Positions 36,692 through 48,290 of a DNA stretch of 64,000 bases are shown in pieces; within the stretch, counting starts at the first letter, position 1, and each line of letters opens with the position of its first letter. Below the pieces are notes generated by a model that was not told the DNA's origin, ran no database searches, and was given only the letters and a program-made list of their open reading frames with translations. Location of the stretch: assembly GCF_018350175.1 (NCBI RefSeq), contig NC_058383.1, positions 21,330,001-21,394,000 on the forward strand, given 5' to 3'. Made by a program: the position numbers and the translations under genes. The stretch is from Felis catus (taxonomy: Eukaryota).

Positions 36692-36892
36692 AATTTTTTA
36701 AAATGTATTTATTTTTGAGAGAGAGAGCACAAGTGGGGGAGAGGCAGAGAGAGAGGGAGACACAGAATCCAAAGCAGGCTCCAGGCTCTGAGCTGTCTGT
36801 CACCAGAGCCCGACACGAGGCCCGAACTCACAAACCATGAGATCATGACCTGAGCCGCAGTCGGACGTGTGACTGAGCCACCCAGGTGCCCC
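36692..36892 (-). mobile_element. SINEC fused directly behind an L1 fragment
   Basis: Head GGGGCACCTGGGTGG abuts L1 ...TTCTGCACAGCT. Confidence 0.92.
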
Positions 36893-37292
36893 AGCTGTGC
36901 AGAAGCTTTTTATCTTGATGAGGTCCCAATAGTTCATTTCTGCTTTTGTTTCCCATGCCTCCAGAGACGTGTTGAGTAAGAAGTTGCTGTGGCCAAGATC
37001 AAAAAGGTTTTTGCCTGCTTTCTCCTTGAGGATTTTGATGGCTTCCTGTCTTACACTTAGGTTTTTCATCCATGTTGAGTTTATTTTTGTGTCTGGTGAA
37101 AGAAAGTGGTCCAGGTTCATTCTTCTGCGTGTCGCCATCCAGTTTTCCCAGCCCCACTTGCTGAAGAGACTGTCTTTATTCCATTGGCTATTCTTTCCTG
37201 CTTTGTCAAAGATGAGTTGGCCATCTGTTCGTGGGTCCATCTCTGGGTTCTCTATTCTGTGCCATTGATCTGAGTGGCTGTTCTTGTGCCAT
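36893..37292 (-). mobile_element. L1 ORF2 internal fragment
   Basis: WHKNSHSDQWHRIENPE...[11 protein letters not shown]...[10 protein letters not shown], homologous to 62281-62680. Confidence 0.93.
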
Positions 37293-37674
37293 AGCCTGTG
37301 CCGTACTTGCCACCAAATAATGTGGCGATGCAAAGATGAATTAGCAACAACCTTCCTCTTGAGAGCTTATGGTCCAGAAATCGTCATGAGAGACCAGGAC
37401 TCGAAGTCCAGTTGCAAGTAAGCAGTGAGAAGGTACAGCGCGTGTCTTCCTGCCCCCCTCCTAATGGGGACTAACCGGCAAATAGGAGATGAGACAGGAG
37501 ACATATTGTCCCTCATTCAGAAACGTCCAAGGGTGATGGCAAAGATCATGAACCCTACAAACATTCCTGATCTCAGATTTTGGCTTGACCGACGGACTGT
37601 GGGACTCTGGGTGACACCATCGCTTGGAAGCCGCATCTGTCCCCATGGAAGATGAGAAGGGGTGAGGGCACCTG

Positions 37675-38116
37675 CCTGTGTTACTTTCCTGGGGCTGCTG
37701 TACAAATTACCGCAAACTGCGTGGCTTCAGACAACAGAAACTTACTCTCCCACAGTTCCGAGGCCACAGGTCTGAAATCAGGGTGTCAGCAGCCCCAGGC
37801 TCCCCAAGGCTGTGAGGGAGAAACCTTCGTTGCCTCTTGCAGCTCCCGGGACTCCTGGTACTGGCATGTGACGCAGTAACTCCAGTCTCTGCCCCCATCC
37901 TTCTTCTGCGTGCCTTCTTCTCTGTGTCTCTGTGTGTCCTTTTCTGTCTCTTCTAAGGACACTCCCATCGGACTTAGGGCCCCCCCAACCCAGCCCGATC
38001 TCACCTTGATTGATCCCTACCTTAATTACACTGCAAAGACCTTACTTCCACATACGGTCACCCTCTGAGGTTCCAGGCGGACATGAGTGTGGGGGGACGC
38101 TATTCAACCCACTGTG
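37675..38116 (-). mobile_element. MaLR LTR (MLT1-like)
   Basis: gggctgctgtacaaattacc...tctcttctaaggacac...gggggacgctattcaacccac. Confidence 0.8.
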
Positions 38117-38331
38117 CTGTACCTCATAGGGTTGTGGGGAGCAAATGAGATAAGGCATAGAAAGCATTATGCACAGTGCCAAGCATGGACTAAATGATCA
38201 GTGTTAGTTACACACGTGTTCATGCATATGCACGCATGTGTATACGTATGTGTGTATGTACGCATGTATGTGTATGTATACATAACTATTTTGTTATTTA
38301 CTAGATTTACCAATGGTTTCTTTCTTTCTTT

Positions 38332-38542
38332 ATTTAAATTTTTTTGAATGTTTGTTTATTTATTTTGAGAGAGAGAGAGCACAAGCAGGGGAGGGGCAGA
38401 GAGAGAAGGAGAGAAACTCAAGCAGGCTCCGAGCCGTCAGCACCGAGCCCCACACAGGACTTGATCTCACGAACTGTGAGATCATGACCTGAGCTGAAAC
38501 CAAGAGTCAGATACTTAACCAACTGAGCCACCCAAGCATCCT
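38332..38542 (-). mobile_element. SINEC
   Basis: Reverse-complement body and tail. Confidence 0.9.
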
Positions 38543-39439
38543 GCAAAGGTTTACGTCATCACATAAACAAATGAAACAGTAACACTTGTCACTCTTTGTA
38601 AATGTTCTAATTTGCTTGTTACTGGTTTTATATTATTGCCTGTTTGTCTTTTTTCCTTTTTTTTTTTTTTTAGGGTTGTTGTTGTTGTTGTTGTTATTTG
38701 CTATTCTCCTTGTCTCCCAAAACTGCTCTGGATGTTTGGGTATGTGGTGTGCCCATTTTCTCACCAGGCAGCCTCAAAGCATATCGGTGATTTTCTCTAA
38801 GCATTTTGTTCATTTTTACTCGGGTGAGCATTTTGCTCATCTTGTAGAAGTGGGTGAGTCTTCATTCGTTGTTGAGGATTACTTTTCCCTGGCCCTTCTT
38901 CATGGTGTTACAATGACCGACTTCCATCGGTGACCCATAGATTGTAGAGATGATGCGCTCTTTTTGGAAGGTATGAGGTTACGAACGTGTCTCCGTATCT
39001 TTTTTCAATCCTTCCTTATTCGTGATAGTCATATCTTCCATCGAAACACCACTCTCTCTCCAGACCTATGTTATGCCATGTTATTGATCTCCTTGGGAGA
39101 TCCTTACAGCTCTGGCCGACCCCCATACCCACACCCATCCCCAGCCAAGCACCTCAAGTGGGCTGATCCGTGTCCTAGGTGATACTGGCCACTAAACCAG
39201 ACCCTGGACCCTGCGGCCTCTGATCAGGGATTGACTCTGAGCTCCCGGCAGGGCTCCAGGATGGGTCTGGCCTGGTGGAAGACGGGCTCTAGGACTGCCC
39301 ACGTCCTCAGTACCTACCTTGATGCGGACCCTAAGCCAGGCTCCGGACAGCTAAGCCCAGCCCAGACTTTTGCTTCCTCCCCAGCAGCGCCCATGTCCGA
39401 AATGAAAGGCAAATGCACCCAAAAGGAAATAGTGGACTA

Positions 39440-39445
39440 TTTATT
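39440..39445 (-). terminator. AQP8 polyadenylation signal
   Basis: AATAAA on the minus strand ~385 nt after the stop codon. Confidence 0.75.
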
Positions 39446-39829
39446 GCAAAGCTAAAGTGGCAGCTCAGGAAGCAGGGAAACCCCCTGAAGGCCCTTCTGT
39501 AACAGCGAAGAAGGAGAAGGAGAGGGGGCCGGGGGCAGTGAACTCCTGCGCATAAACGGCCACCTATTCAGCTCCTGGGACCCTCCCTCCCGAGAAAGAC
39601 CTCTCCCTCGTGCTGGCAACACGCCCCCCAGGCTGAGGTCTCCGCCGAGCACAGTGAAGTTCAGAGAACGTAGAGCATCCTCAGAACTTAGCGGCAGTCT
39701 GTCTATCTGGGAAGCCAGGCGCACATGGGGGGAAGCAAGTGAGGGGCTCCTCTGGGCCTCTGCCCAGGCAGGAAATGCAGAAGGTGACCTGTCTGCATTC
39801 TGGGTGGGGCCGCAACAATGCCACCAGGG

Positions 39830-39878
39830 TCATCGTCCCTTAAATATTAGGCGGGTTTTCCCATCTCCAATGATGAAT
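39830..39878 (-). CDS. AQP8: AQP8 coding exon 6 (C-terminus, stop)
   Basis: T34-GTAG acceptor; (R)FIIGDGKTRLIFKGR-TGA; summed CDS 792 nt = 263 aa. Confidence 0.93.
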
Positions 39879-39881
39879 CTA

Positions 39882-39917
<36 letters not shown>

Positions 39918-40479
39918 TGGCCCCATGAGGCCCCCGAGCCTCTGGAGGAGAGACCCAGCCCTTCATCAAGTGTCTCCAGGCCCAGAATTCTCCAGAAAGA
40001 TGCTCTCCTGAGCCCTCCCAGCCTCAATAGCCAAATCCCCTCAGGGAAAGGGAGAAACTCTTTCCTGTTTGCTTTCCAGTAACCTTTCCCTGGAGACGCT
40101 CTCTCGGCCATTCCGAAAGCAACAGTGATGCCCTTCATCGCCAACCCGTGGGCTAAGTCGGACTGCAGATGGGCAATGACGGCAAACGCTAGAGACCAGC
40201 CCGGCGACCGTGCCCTCCCAGGCTGCCGGAGGTAGGTTCAACGTGTACCAAGTCCAGACCCTAGTCCCTGCAGGGCCTGGAGCAGGGAAAACGAACAAAC
40301 AAAAAACACACCAGGCCCCTGCAGACCTTCAAAGCTCACAAGGAGAGCTCAAGGGGAAGCAGTCAAGCAGATACTATCCTTGTGGTGGCATCCACCTTGT
40401 TCCCCACCGCACAAGGCCAGGGAGCTCTGCTCACGTTGCATTTCGTGTCAATGGCATCTCCTGGCACGCGTGCTCTTGG

Positions 40480-40980
40480 GGGCACCATTTCCACGGTTCT
40501 CTCTGTGGATAGGACTCCCCCGCCCCGTGAGGAGCTCCCCTACTCGTGGTCCACGTGGCTGTGCAGGTGAGGCTGACCTCGCCCCAACTCCCGACATAGC
40601 CAGGAAGAGTGCCTGAGCCCCGTGGCTACAGGGGTGGATGCAGAGGGGGACACGACCCATGCTGCGCCAGTCCAAACCAGTGAACGTGAGACCCCGGGCT
40701 TTTGCCAGAGCTGTTGTTTTATCTCTTCTGGGGTTGTTGAGCTGCTGACATGGAAGCCTAGCTTTTCCGGCGAGCATCTCTGCCTCTCCCGGAGAGCCTC
40801 TCGGAGCATGAAGCCTGCCCAGAGGATAGCAGACCGAGTCCTAAAGACACTGTTTGAGCACCACCTGAAGCCGGTGCTACGTGTGAACTTCTCATTTATG
40901 TGAGTGAGTGAATTCCCCCTTGTGACGTAAACTACCTTGAGATGGATTTCCGTCACTTGGAACCAAAGGTCCTGGAGCCA
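40480..40980. mobile_element. Old MLT1-like LTR in AQP8 intron 5
   Basis: atgtgagtgagtgaattcccc...gatttccgtcacttggaacc. Confidence 0.5.
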
Positions 40981-41118
40981 TAATCTTTGTCTCTGGAAAA
41001 GACTCCCTCTTCCCTTCTTCAAACCCAAGTGAGATCCCAGCCCTCTAGCCCTGGATGCTCTGGGAACTGACACCAGTTGCCCACGAGAGGGGCCAGTGAC
41101 CCTGGGTCACGCTCCTAC

Positions 41119-41253
41119 CTGATAAGCACTCCTACGAGGAGGCTCCCCAGGAGCGGGCCCAGCCAGTAGATCCAGTGGAAGTCCCAGTGATTGGCCACCA
41201 CAGCAGGTCCAAAGGCACGGGCAGGATTCATGCAGGCTCCGGACACAGCACCC
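41119..41253 (-). CDS. AQP8: AQP8 coding exon 5 (second NPA motif, ar/R arginine)
   Basis: [44 protein letters not shown]; 135 nt; translated manually because this frame is absent from the ORF track. Confidence 0.96.
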
Positions 41254-41964
41254 CTGCAAACACCCAGCCACATGGTCGCCAGATCCCAGCCAGGCCCCGG
41301 CCCGCGTCAAGGTCATTTCCCCAACTAGGCTTAAGTCACACACCACCCAGAAACCCTCTTGAAGCCACCATATTGTGGGGCTCTGGTGGGGCGGGGGGAG
41401 GGGGGTGGATCCCAAAGAAGACACAGGCGAAGAGGCTATTAGCACCGGGAAGTGGAAGGCTTCTCTGTCACTCCCCACACGCCCTTCTAGAAGAACAGAC
41501 AGCAGAGAGAGAGTTCAGTGGTGACAGGAAGAGAAAACGGGTCCAGGTCCTCGTGGACGTTGAAGAAACCAAGGCAAGCAGTCAGCGTCGACCGCATGAA
41601 CTTCGGAGTGAAGCTGACCTGCATCCGAAATCCAGCCCAGCTCTTTCTAGCTGTGTGCCCTTCGCTTGAGGAGAAAGTACCTATCTCATAGGCTCTTGTC
41701 AGGAGCCACTGCGAAAATGCACTTAGGAGCCCAAGACTCACAATATAATTCACGTACAAGCGTTTAATCTGGCTAACCCTTATTAGCCCTTGTGCCACAA
41801 GCTTGGGGCCTGGCGTCTCCTACGGGAGGAGGGGGGGCTGTTCTCCAGGGCTACCTCTCTGATTCTGGGGTCGGTATTCTTGCCGCGTTGCTGAGGGTCT
41901 CCCGGGGTCCCCTGCCCGGCAGCCAAAGTCCAAAGGATGAATCATTGGCTTGTAAAGGAACCAA

Positions 41965-41983
41965 CAGCCGCTAGGGGGCAGCA
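41965..41983 (+). promoter_or_regulatory. CTCF-like motif in AQP8 intron 4
   Basis: CAGCCGCTAGGGGGCAGCA closely matches the CTCF core CCRSYAGRKGGCRS. Confidence 0.6.
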
Positions 41984-42156
41984 AAGCACCGCCGCGGCTT
42001 TACACGCGCTTTCCGCACGCCCCCCGCCCCCCCAAGCTCCCCAGACTCCACCTCCCAAAGGATGACAGCGATGTGGGCGGCAGAGCCGGGACCGCCTAGA
42101 CTTGGTTCTGTGTCCAAGAGAAAGAAAGGAGGTGGGCATTAGGAAGGGGCTCCCTC

Positions 42157-42335
42157 GGGACACGTGGGTGGCTCAGTTGAGCGGCTGACTTTGGGTCAGG
42201 TCTGGTTTATAAGTTCGAGCCCCGCATCCCACTGTCTGCTGTCAGCTCAGAGGCTGCTTCAGATCCTCTGTCCCCCCTCTCTCTGCTCCTCTCTCCCTCT
42301 CTCTCTCCAATAAATAAACACTAAAAAAAAAAAAA
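42157..42335 (+). mobile_element. SINEC
   Basis: Head, tail and aggaaggggct flanking duplication. Confidence 0.88.
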
Positions 42336-42654
42336 AGGAAGGGGCTTGTCCCCTTCCCTAAGAGATTTGGGCTCTTATCCCAGATCTGTCCTTTAATTTG
42401 CCACTGTCCAGTGACTTTAAATAAGTCATGTGTGTTCTCTCTGGGCTCAGTTTCCTCATATATAAAATGGGAGAAACAATCCCTGACCCAAGCTTGTCTC
42501 CTTAAACCCCCCCTGCACCCCTGAGGGGCTCACCCTAGATGAGTCAGTGGGTATGGAAGCTCTTTGTGAGGCTGAGGCTAAAACCTGGCTTCCCACTGAC
42601 TGAACAGACACAGCTCACAGAAATGTTTAACGCTACAAAAAAAGGTAAATTTCC

Positions 42655-42804
42655 GGGTGCCTGGGTGGCTCTGTCAGTGAAGCGTCTGACTTCAGCTCAG
42701 GTCATGATCTCACAGTTGGTGAGTTCGAGCCCCGTGTCGGGCTCTGTGCTGACAGCTCGGAGCCTGGAGCCTCCTTCGGATTCTGTGTCTCCCTCCCCCA
42801 CTTG

Positions 42805-42861
<57 letters not shown>

Positions 42862-42885
42862 AAAAATAAATAAACATTAAAAAAA
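42655..42885 (+). mobile_element. SINEC with long (CT)n
   Basis: gggtgcctgggtggct head. Confidence 0.93.
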
Positions 42886-43060
42886 CTTTTTTCAAAAGAA
42901 AGGAAAATTTCACATGAGAAGCCAGTTTTCTGACTTCCCTGGAACGATGTTAGAAGGGTCATTTGAGGCCCACGTTCCATCACGGCAATAACTTACTAGA
43001 GGGGCAGAGGGGTGCCTCCTTGGGTACCCCAACCCCAAAGGCTGGCCCAGGACCGCTCAC

Positions 43061-43275
43061 CCGGCCAGGATGTCCACGGTGACGGCAAAGCCAATGGAGA
43101 ATGGAGCCAGAGGGCCCTGCGTCTTCTCGTTGATGGCGCCCATGCAAACAGCCAGTGCCAGCAGGGCCGTCAGGATCAGCTCCACCACCACCGCCCCCCG
43201 CACCTGCTCCGGCTCCTGGACCGTCACAAAGGCCGCCCCAGACGCGTTCCAGAACCTGTCTTCAGGACTCACTGC
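43061..43275 (-). CDS. AQP8: AQP8 coding exon 4
   Basis: [21 protein letters not shown]...[21 protein letters not shown] sequon; 215 nt; AG/GT boundaries. Confidence 0.96.
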
Positions 43276-44878
43276 CTGCGGAGAGAGGAGAAGCCACTGG
43301 CCTCACCGTGTGGGCAGGGCAGGGGGACGGCGGGCAGCGAGGGGAAGCGCGTGCCCCCCAACCGCTGGGGCAGTGACAGGCTCTGTCCAATCCACAGTCA
43401 CGCGCACCCCAGCTCCAGTTTTCACTGAGAGCCACCGGACTTCTCCGAGCCTCCTCTTGCTCATCTGTAATACGGGATAACCCAGCAGTGGCTGCAGGGG
43501 TCGGGGCCCCAGAGCTCATGTAACTAGACGATCCTCTTTGAAAAAAAGAACACAAAAAAGCCTTACTCAACAGACTTTGCAAACACATCCGACCAGATGC
43601 ACCCCACTGCCAGCCCCCTTTAAGGCCCCTTTGAAGGGGTGAGGGAACCCCGAGGCTTGACAGGAAGCCCGCCTCAGGAGTCATCAGGGCACCTTGAAAG
43701 GGAAGAGAGCAGAGCAAGCTTCTGGACCCTGGACCTAAATCTGGACCCGGCTGCTTCCCGGCTCGGCTGAACCTGGGCCAGCTACCGACTTCGTCTGCGT
43801 TTGCTCCTCCGTAAAGTGGAGGTGATGGTAATCGGAGCTCTGAACTCAGGCAGCGAGTGCCCTCTAAGAACCGGCTGTGGCTCCTTGTGACGCGGCGGCC
43901 GGGAGATTTACCGAGAGAAGCTGTGTGAATTGCTTCGCAGGGAGGGTGTGCTCAGTGACCAGAGCCTCCGCCCTGCACTGCCCAGGTTGTGTTGGGCGGG
44001 TTTGCGGGTGGCCCGGCTGGAGGGAGAGCCTAGGAACTGCTTTCCATCAGGGATCAGAGCGGGAAGGTCCAGCCCCCACTCTGCAGACAGGGGATAAGGG
44101 TCTCAAAGGGGAACACGGGGAGACCAGGGCAGGGAAGACAGCAAAGTGGGACTCCAGACCAAAGTCTGCCATGGGCCACTGCTTAGAGCTACAGGCCGAA
44201 CCCCAGCCAGGCTAACGGGCGCCCCCTGTTCCCCCAACCCGACCCCACGCCCCTTAACACGCATTCCTACAAGCCCTACATCCTGCAGGGCCCCTGGTTG
44301 TACTGAGACTTAACAGCAACAGGAAGGGGAAGAAAGAAGGGAAGGAGGCAAGGAGGGAGTCCATCCGTGAAGTGATGTGTGGGTCTATAAAAACTTGAGG
44401 GGCGGGGAGGAGGCGGTAGCCGTCCTGCCAGGAGAAGATTCCAGACAGAAACTGATTGTGAACTCCCATCACACGTAGAGGGACTCGGTTTAAAGGCAGG
44501 CAAACTGGAGAACAGGCAGAGAAGTTAGTTCAAGGAGAGTTACCAGAGCCTTCCCACACCCTCAGTTTGTAGAATGAACGAATGAGTGAGTGAATGAATT
44601 AATGGCAAAACACTAGAAACATTATCCAAAGCCATTCCAAACCCAGAAATGGTCTCAGGGAGAGAAACTTCAAGTCCCAAATTCTGCTTCCTGGTCTGTC
44701 CAGGGGAGAGCTATGTCCAGACACTGACAGAACAGGGTGTGTTTAAGGAGAGCCAAAGGCCCCCTTCCCAGGAGAAAAGGACCCACCCAATCCCAATGAA
44801 GGAAAATCCTAGAGGAAAAAAGTGGGGCGCCTCCGACTCCCCACTCCCCTCACCCCAGCCCCCGTGGGGATCACCCAC

Positions 44879-45005
44879 CTTGGCCAAGGCGGCCCCGATC
44901 AGCCCCCCACACAGCTGGGAGATCCAGTAGGGAAGGAGCATCACCAGGTTGAGGCCTCCGATCAGCATGGCCGCCAAGGACACCGCAGGGTTGAAGTGCC
45001 CACCA
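44879..45005 (-). CDS. AQP8: AQP8 coding exon 3 (first NPA motif)
   Basis: [43 protein letters not shown], the MIP signature; 127 nt; donor AAG|GTGGG. Confidence 0.97.
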
Positions 45006-45708
45006 CTGTCACCCGCAAAAGCAGAAGGAAGTCTTGAGACCAAGGTCCAGGCCAACACTAGAGCGAATGTGTCCCCCCAGGTGGCCCCCCAGGATGGCCC
45101 TGCAGCACCAGAGTGAGCCAAGGACCTTGCCCAAGTAGAAAACAGGCACCAGATCCTGCCCGCTTTCCCTGAGGTGCCCACTGGTGGGGTGAGGGATGCG
45201 GGGGACAGCCGGGGAGAAGCGGGCAGCCCCATTCCTGCCCTACACCCAGAGCCCACGGCGCCCAGAGGAAGGACCTGGTGGGCGACCATCCCTTAACTCC
45301 TTCCGGACTCACTCAGAGCTCCAGCCCTCAAGAGATGTGGCCATCAGTCAGAATGAGACCCCAGACTCCAAATTAGGAGACAGAGAGAGGTATCCTGGCG
45401 TCCCTTTACCAGTGCCCGGGCTCTGCAAAAGAGCTCCCGAGTGGCTGAACTCCGCCCTTCCCTAGGCTGGAGGAAAACCCTATTCTAATGGCACCAGTAA
45501 CGCTGGAGCTGAGCACTTGGTGCCGTTTGATTGCCGTGGGGCTCTCAGCGTGGGCTTCCTCCTGGCTCTGCCACTTACTAACCAAGAAACCGTGGACGAG
45601 TCCCGTGGCCTTTCCCGGCCACACCAGGAAAGTGAGGGTAATGAGAGCAGCTACCCTCAAGGGGTTGTTGAGAGCATTCAGTGAGTCCATCTCTAGAGAG
45701 TGCTTAGA

Positions 45709-45998
45709 GGGGCGCCTGGGTGACTCAGCTGGCTCAGCATCCGACTGCAGCTCAGGTCACCATCTCACGAATCGTGGGTTTGAGCCCTGCATTGGGCTCT
45801 GTGCTGACGGTGCAGAGCCTGCTTTGGGGCCTCTGTCCTCTGTCTCTGCCCTTCCCCCACTCAGGCTCTCTCTCCAAAATAAATAAACATGTAAAAAAAA
45901 TTATATATATATATAAAGGCAGGCAGGAAGAAAGAGAAAGAAAGAAAGAAGGGAGGGAGGAAGGAAGGAAAGAAGGGAAGAAGGAAGAGAGGGAGGAA
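45709..45998 (+). mobile_element. SINEC with (TA)n/GA-rich tail inserted into a MIR
   Basis: Flanks agtgcttaga / agtgtttaga. Confidence 0.88.
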
Positions 45999-46315
45999 GT
46001 GTTTAGAACAGTGCCTGGCACTGGGTTAGCATTGTATGTGTGTGGGCTTGAGGAAAAAAACTAAAAAATACTCTCTTCTCCCCATCTTACGGGTGGGGAA
46101 TTTAGGGTTTGGAGAGGGACTTGCCCAAAGCCACAGAGCCCATAGGCTGCAGAGGTAGGATTTGAACCCAGGCAGTCCGAGTCCCCAGCCCACGCTCCTA
46201 TGTACAATGTTGGGAAACTTGCGTATGTATGTGCCCAGGGTCCCCGCTGATAGCTTTGCTCCCCGCCTCTGCCCGCCCAGGTTAGCCTAGGCCGATCCCT
46301 CGGAACTGGTCTCAC

Positions 46316-46569
46316 CTGATATTCCCCAGTGTGGCGATGATGAGGCCCAGGGCCAGCCCGTGGGCCAAGGCCGGCTGCAGCAGCCCAGTGTCCGGCCCGT
46401 TCTCAATGACCGACAGGCACCCGATGAAGATGAAGAGGGCAGAGCCCAGCAGTTCGACCAGACAGGGCTGCAGGAACCGCTCATACCAGGATTCACGACA
46501 CCTGCCTCCCATGCTTGGCTGCTTCCCCTTGCCACCGACAAACTCCGCGTCACGCGCAGACACAGCCCC
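46316..46569 (-). CDS. AQP8: AQP8 coding exon 2 (TM1-TM2)
   Basis: Acceptor cccttttccccgctgc[12 protein letters not shown]...[30 protein letters not shown]...[18 protein letters not shown]; donor AG|GTGAG; 254 nt. Confidence 0.96.
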
Positions 46570-46711
46570 CTGCAGCGGGGAAAAGGGAGAGCGGACACGG
46601 GTGGGAGGAAAGCCCTGAAAGGACCCCCCAGTGCCCCAGCCTTGTCAATTCTCAGCACCCCTTGTAGGGCCAGGGTGCGGAGGCAGAGGCAGAGGCCAGC
46701 TGCGGGCTCAC

Positions 46712-46723
46712 CTCCGCAGACAT
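46712..46723 (-). CDS. AQP8: AQP8 coding exon 1 (MSAE)
   Basis: Minus strand ATG TCT GCG GAG|GTGAGC; matches the 4-codon first coding exon as I recall it for mammalian AQP8; 142-nt intron follows. Confidence 0.85.
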
Positions 46724-46860
46724 CAGGGCCCGAGTGACCCGCGCACCTGCTCTTGCCTGAGCTGGCTGGGAGAGTGCACCTGCTGTCGGGCTCTTATCTC
46801 AGACCGGGGCTGCTCATTCTACTTCGGGCTCTGCTCCTTTTAAAGGGCTGCGGAGGCTCC
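46724..46860 (-). promoter_or_regulatory. AQP8 5'UTR / proximal promoter
   Basis: Minus strand: TTTAAAA TATA-like element near 46838-46844, AGATAAG GATA site at 46793-46799, two GCAGGTGC E-boxes at 46743-46750 and 46776-46783. Confidence 0.5.
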
Positions 46861-47816
46861 CCTAGGATGCCAAGAAAGCAATAAAGTGAGGTGGGAGGTG
46901 GCCCTGGGGCCCAGAAGAGGAAACAGTTTCTTTTTTTTTAATCTCAACTGGGCAGGGCAGGGGATGGTCAAGGATCGCTAAGCTTTCTGCCAACAAGGGG
47001 AGAAGGCACCGGCTGACCTGCACCACCCGGGGAGCGCCCCAGGCCTTCCCCAGCAGGACGTGGAGCCACCACAAGGGTCCCCGCGGCCACCAAAAGGGTC
47101 CAAAGGAGACCAGCGTGTGAGCACGAAGAGGGCCCCTCTGGGCTGGGACCGCACGTGGGAGATAATGGCCAGCGCGTTTTCGGTGATGTTTCCGTGGATT
47201 CCCTCAGACGTCTCCTCCTCGTATCTGGGGCCTCAACAACTCCCCTCACCCTCACTGCCTGATCCAGGACTGAATGCGTGCAGACGGATGACCGTCCACC
47301 CACCGACAGCCAGCGGCAGCCACGGTAACAACGTGCGTCGCGGGAAAGCCTGCGGGCCTCGGAAACAGGCTGCCTGGATCCCAAGTCCGTTTCTGCCGTG
47401 AACTGGCTCCGGAGCCCTGTGTTGCTGTCCCCTCTGCGCCGCAGTATTCTCCCCTGTGAAGCGTGAACGATAGCGATAGAACCGACGACATAGGGGCGTT
47501 TGTGGTTTGAATGAGTTCATACGACAAAGAGCTTATGACACTGGCAGACACACGATCAGCACAACACCGGTGTCTACTAATGAAGAACAGATATTTACGT
47601 GTAACAAGTATTTATTGAGCAATTTCTACAAGCCTTCTACTTGCCAGGCACCGGGCTAAGAACCTTATTTATATGCATTATCTCACTTCAACAGTAAGCC
47701 CGCAACCGCGACCGTAGGTACTCCTACTTTTCCACAAGGGGAGTTGGAGATTCAGGAAAGTTACGTTTCCCAGGGTCACATAGGTTTTGTGATTGCAAAA
47801 CGTGTGGGTTGAGTCA

Positions 47817-48105
47817 CAACGGACAAATGCTGCATGATTCCACTTATAGGAGGTCTCTGGAGTAGTCAGAGTCCTAGAGACAGAAAGGAGACGGTGGTTG
47901 CCAGGGGCTGGGAGCGGGGGGCAGAGGGGAATGGGGAGTTGCTGTTCAATGGCTACAGAGTTTCAGTTTGGGAAGATGAAAACGTCGTAGAGATGGATGG
48001 TTACACAACAGTGTTAATGTAATTAATGCCACTGAACTATACACTTAAAAGTGGTTAAAAATGGTAGATTTTATGTTATGTGTATTTTACCACAATTGGA
48101 AAAAG
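47817..48105 (+). mobile_element. L1MB-like 3' end
   Basis: atgattccacttata...gtggttgccaggggctggg...cagagtttcagtttgggaagatgaaa...cactgaactatacacttaaaa. Confidence 0.85.
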
Positions 48106-48146
48106 AACTTGTGGGTTAAGCCACTACAGTCTGGTATCTTTTTAAG

Positions 48147-48290
48147 ATGGATGGATGGATGATGGGTGGATGGTGGATGGACGGGTGGATGGATGGATGG
48201 ATGGATGGATGGATGGAAAGAGGGAAGGAAGAAAGGAGGGAGGGAAGAAAGGAAGGGAGGGATGGAGGAAGAAAAAAAGAGGAGAGAGAT
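48147..48290 (+). repeat. (GGAT)n followed by GA-rich low complexity
   Basis: Direct reading. Confidence 0.92.

Noticed and set aside
38580..39080. Possible foreign or coding insert between the two genes
   Set aside because: T-rich with no coherent ORF; more consistent with a decayed antisense L1, though not verifiable without a search
46764..46783. PTF1A-RBPJL composite site in the AQP8 promoter
   Set aside because: E-box to TC-box spacer is 3 nt, shorter than the 4-5 nt I recall for the composite motif
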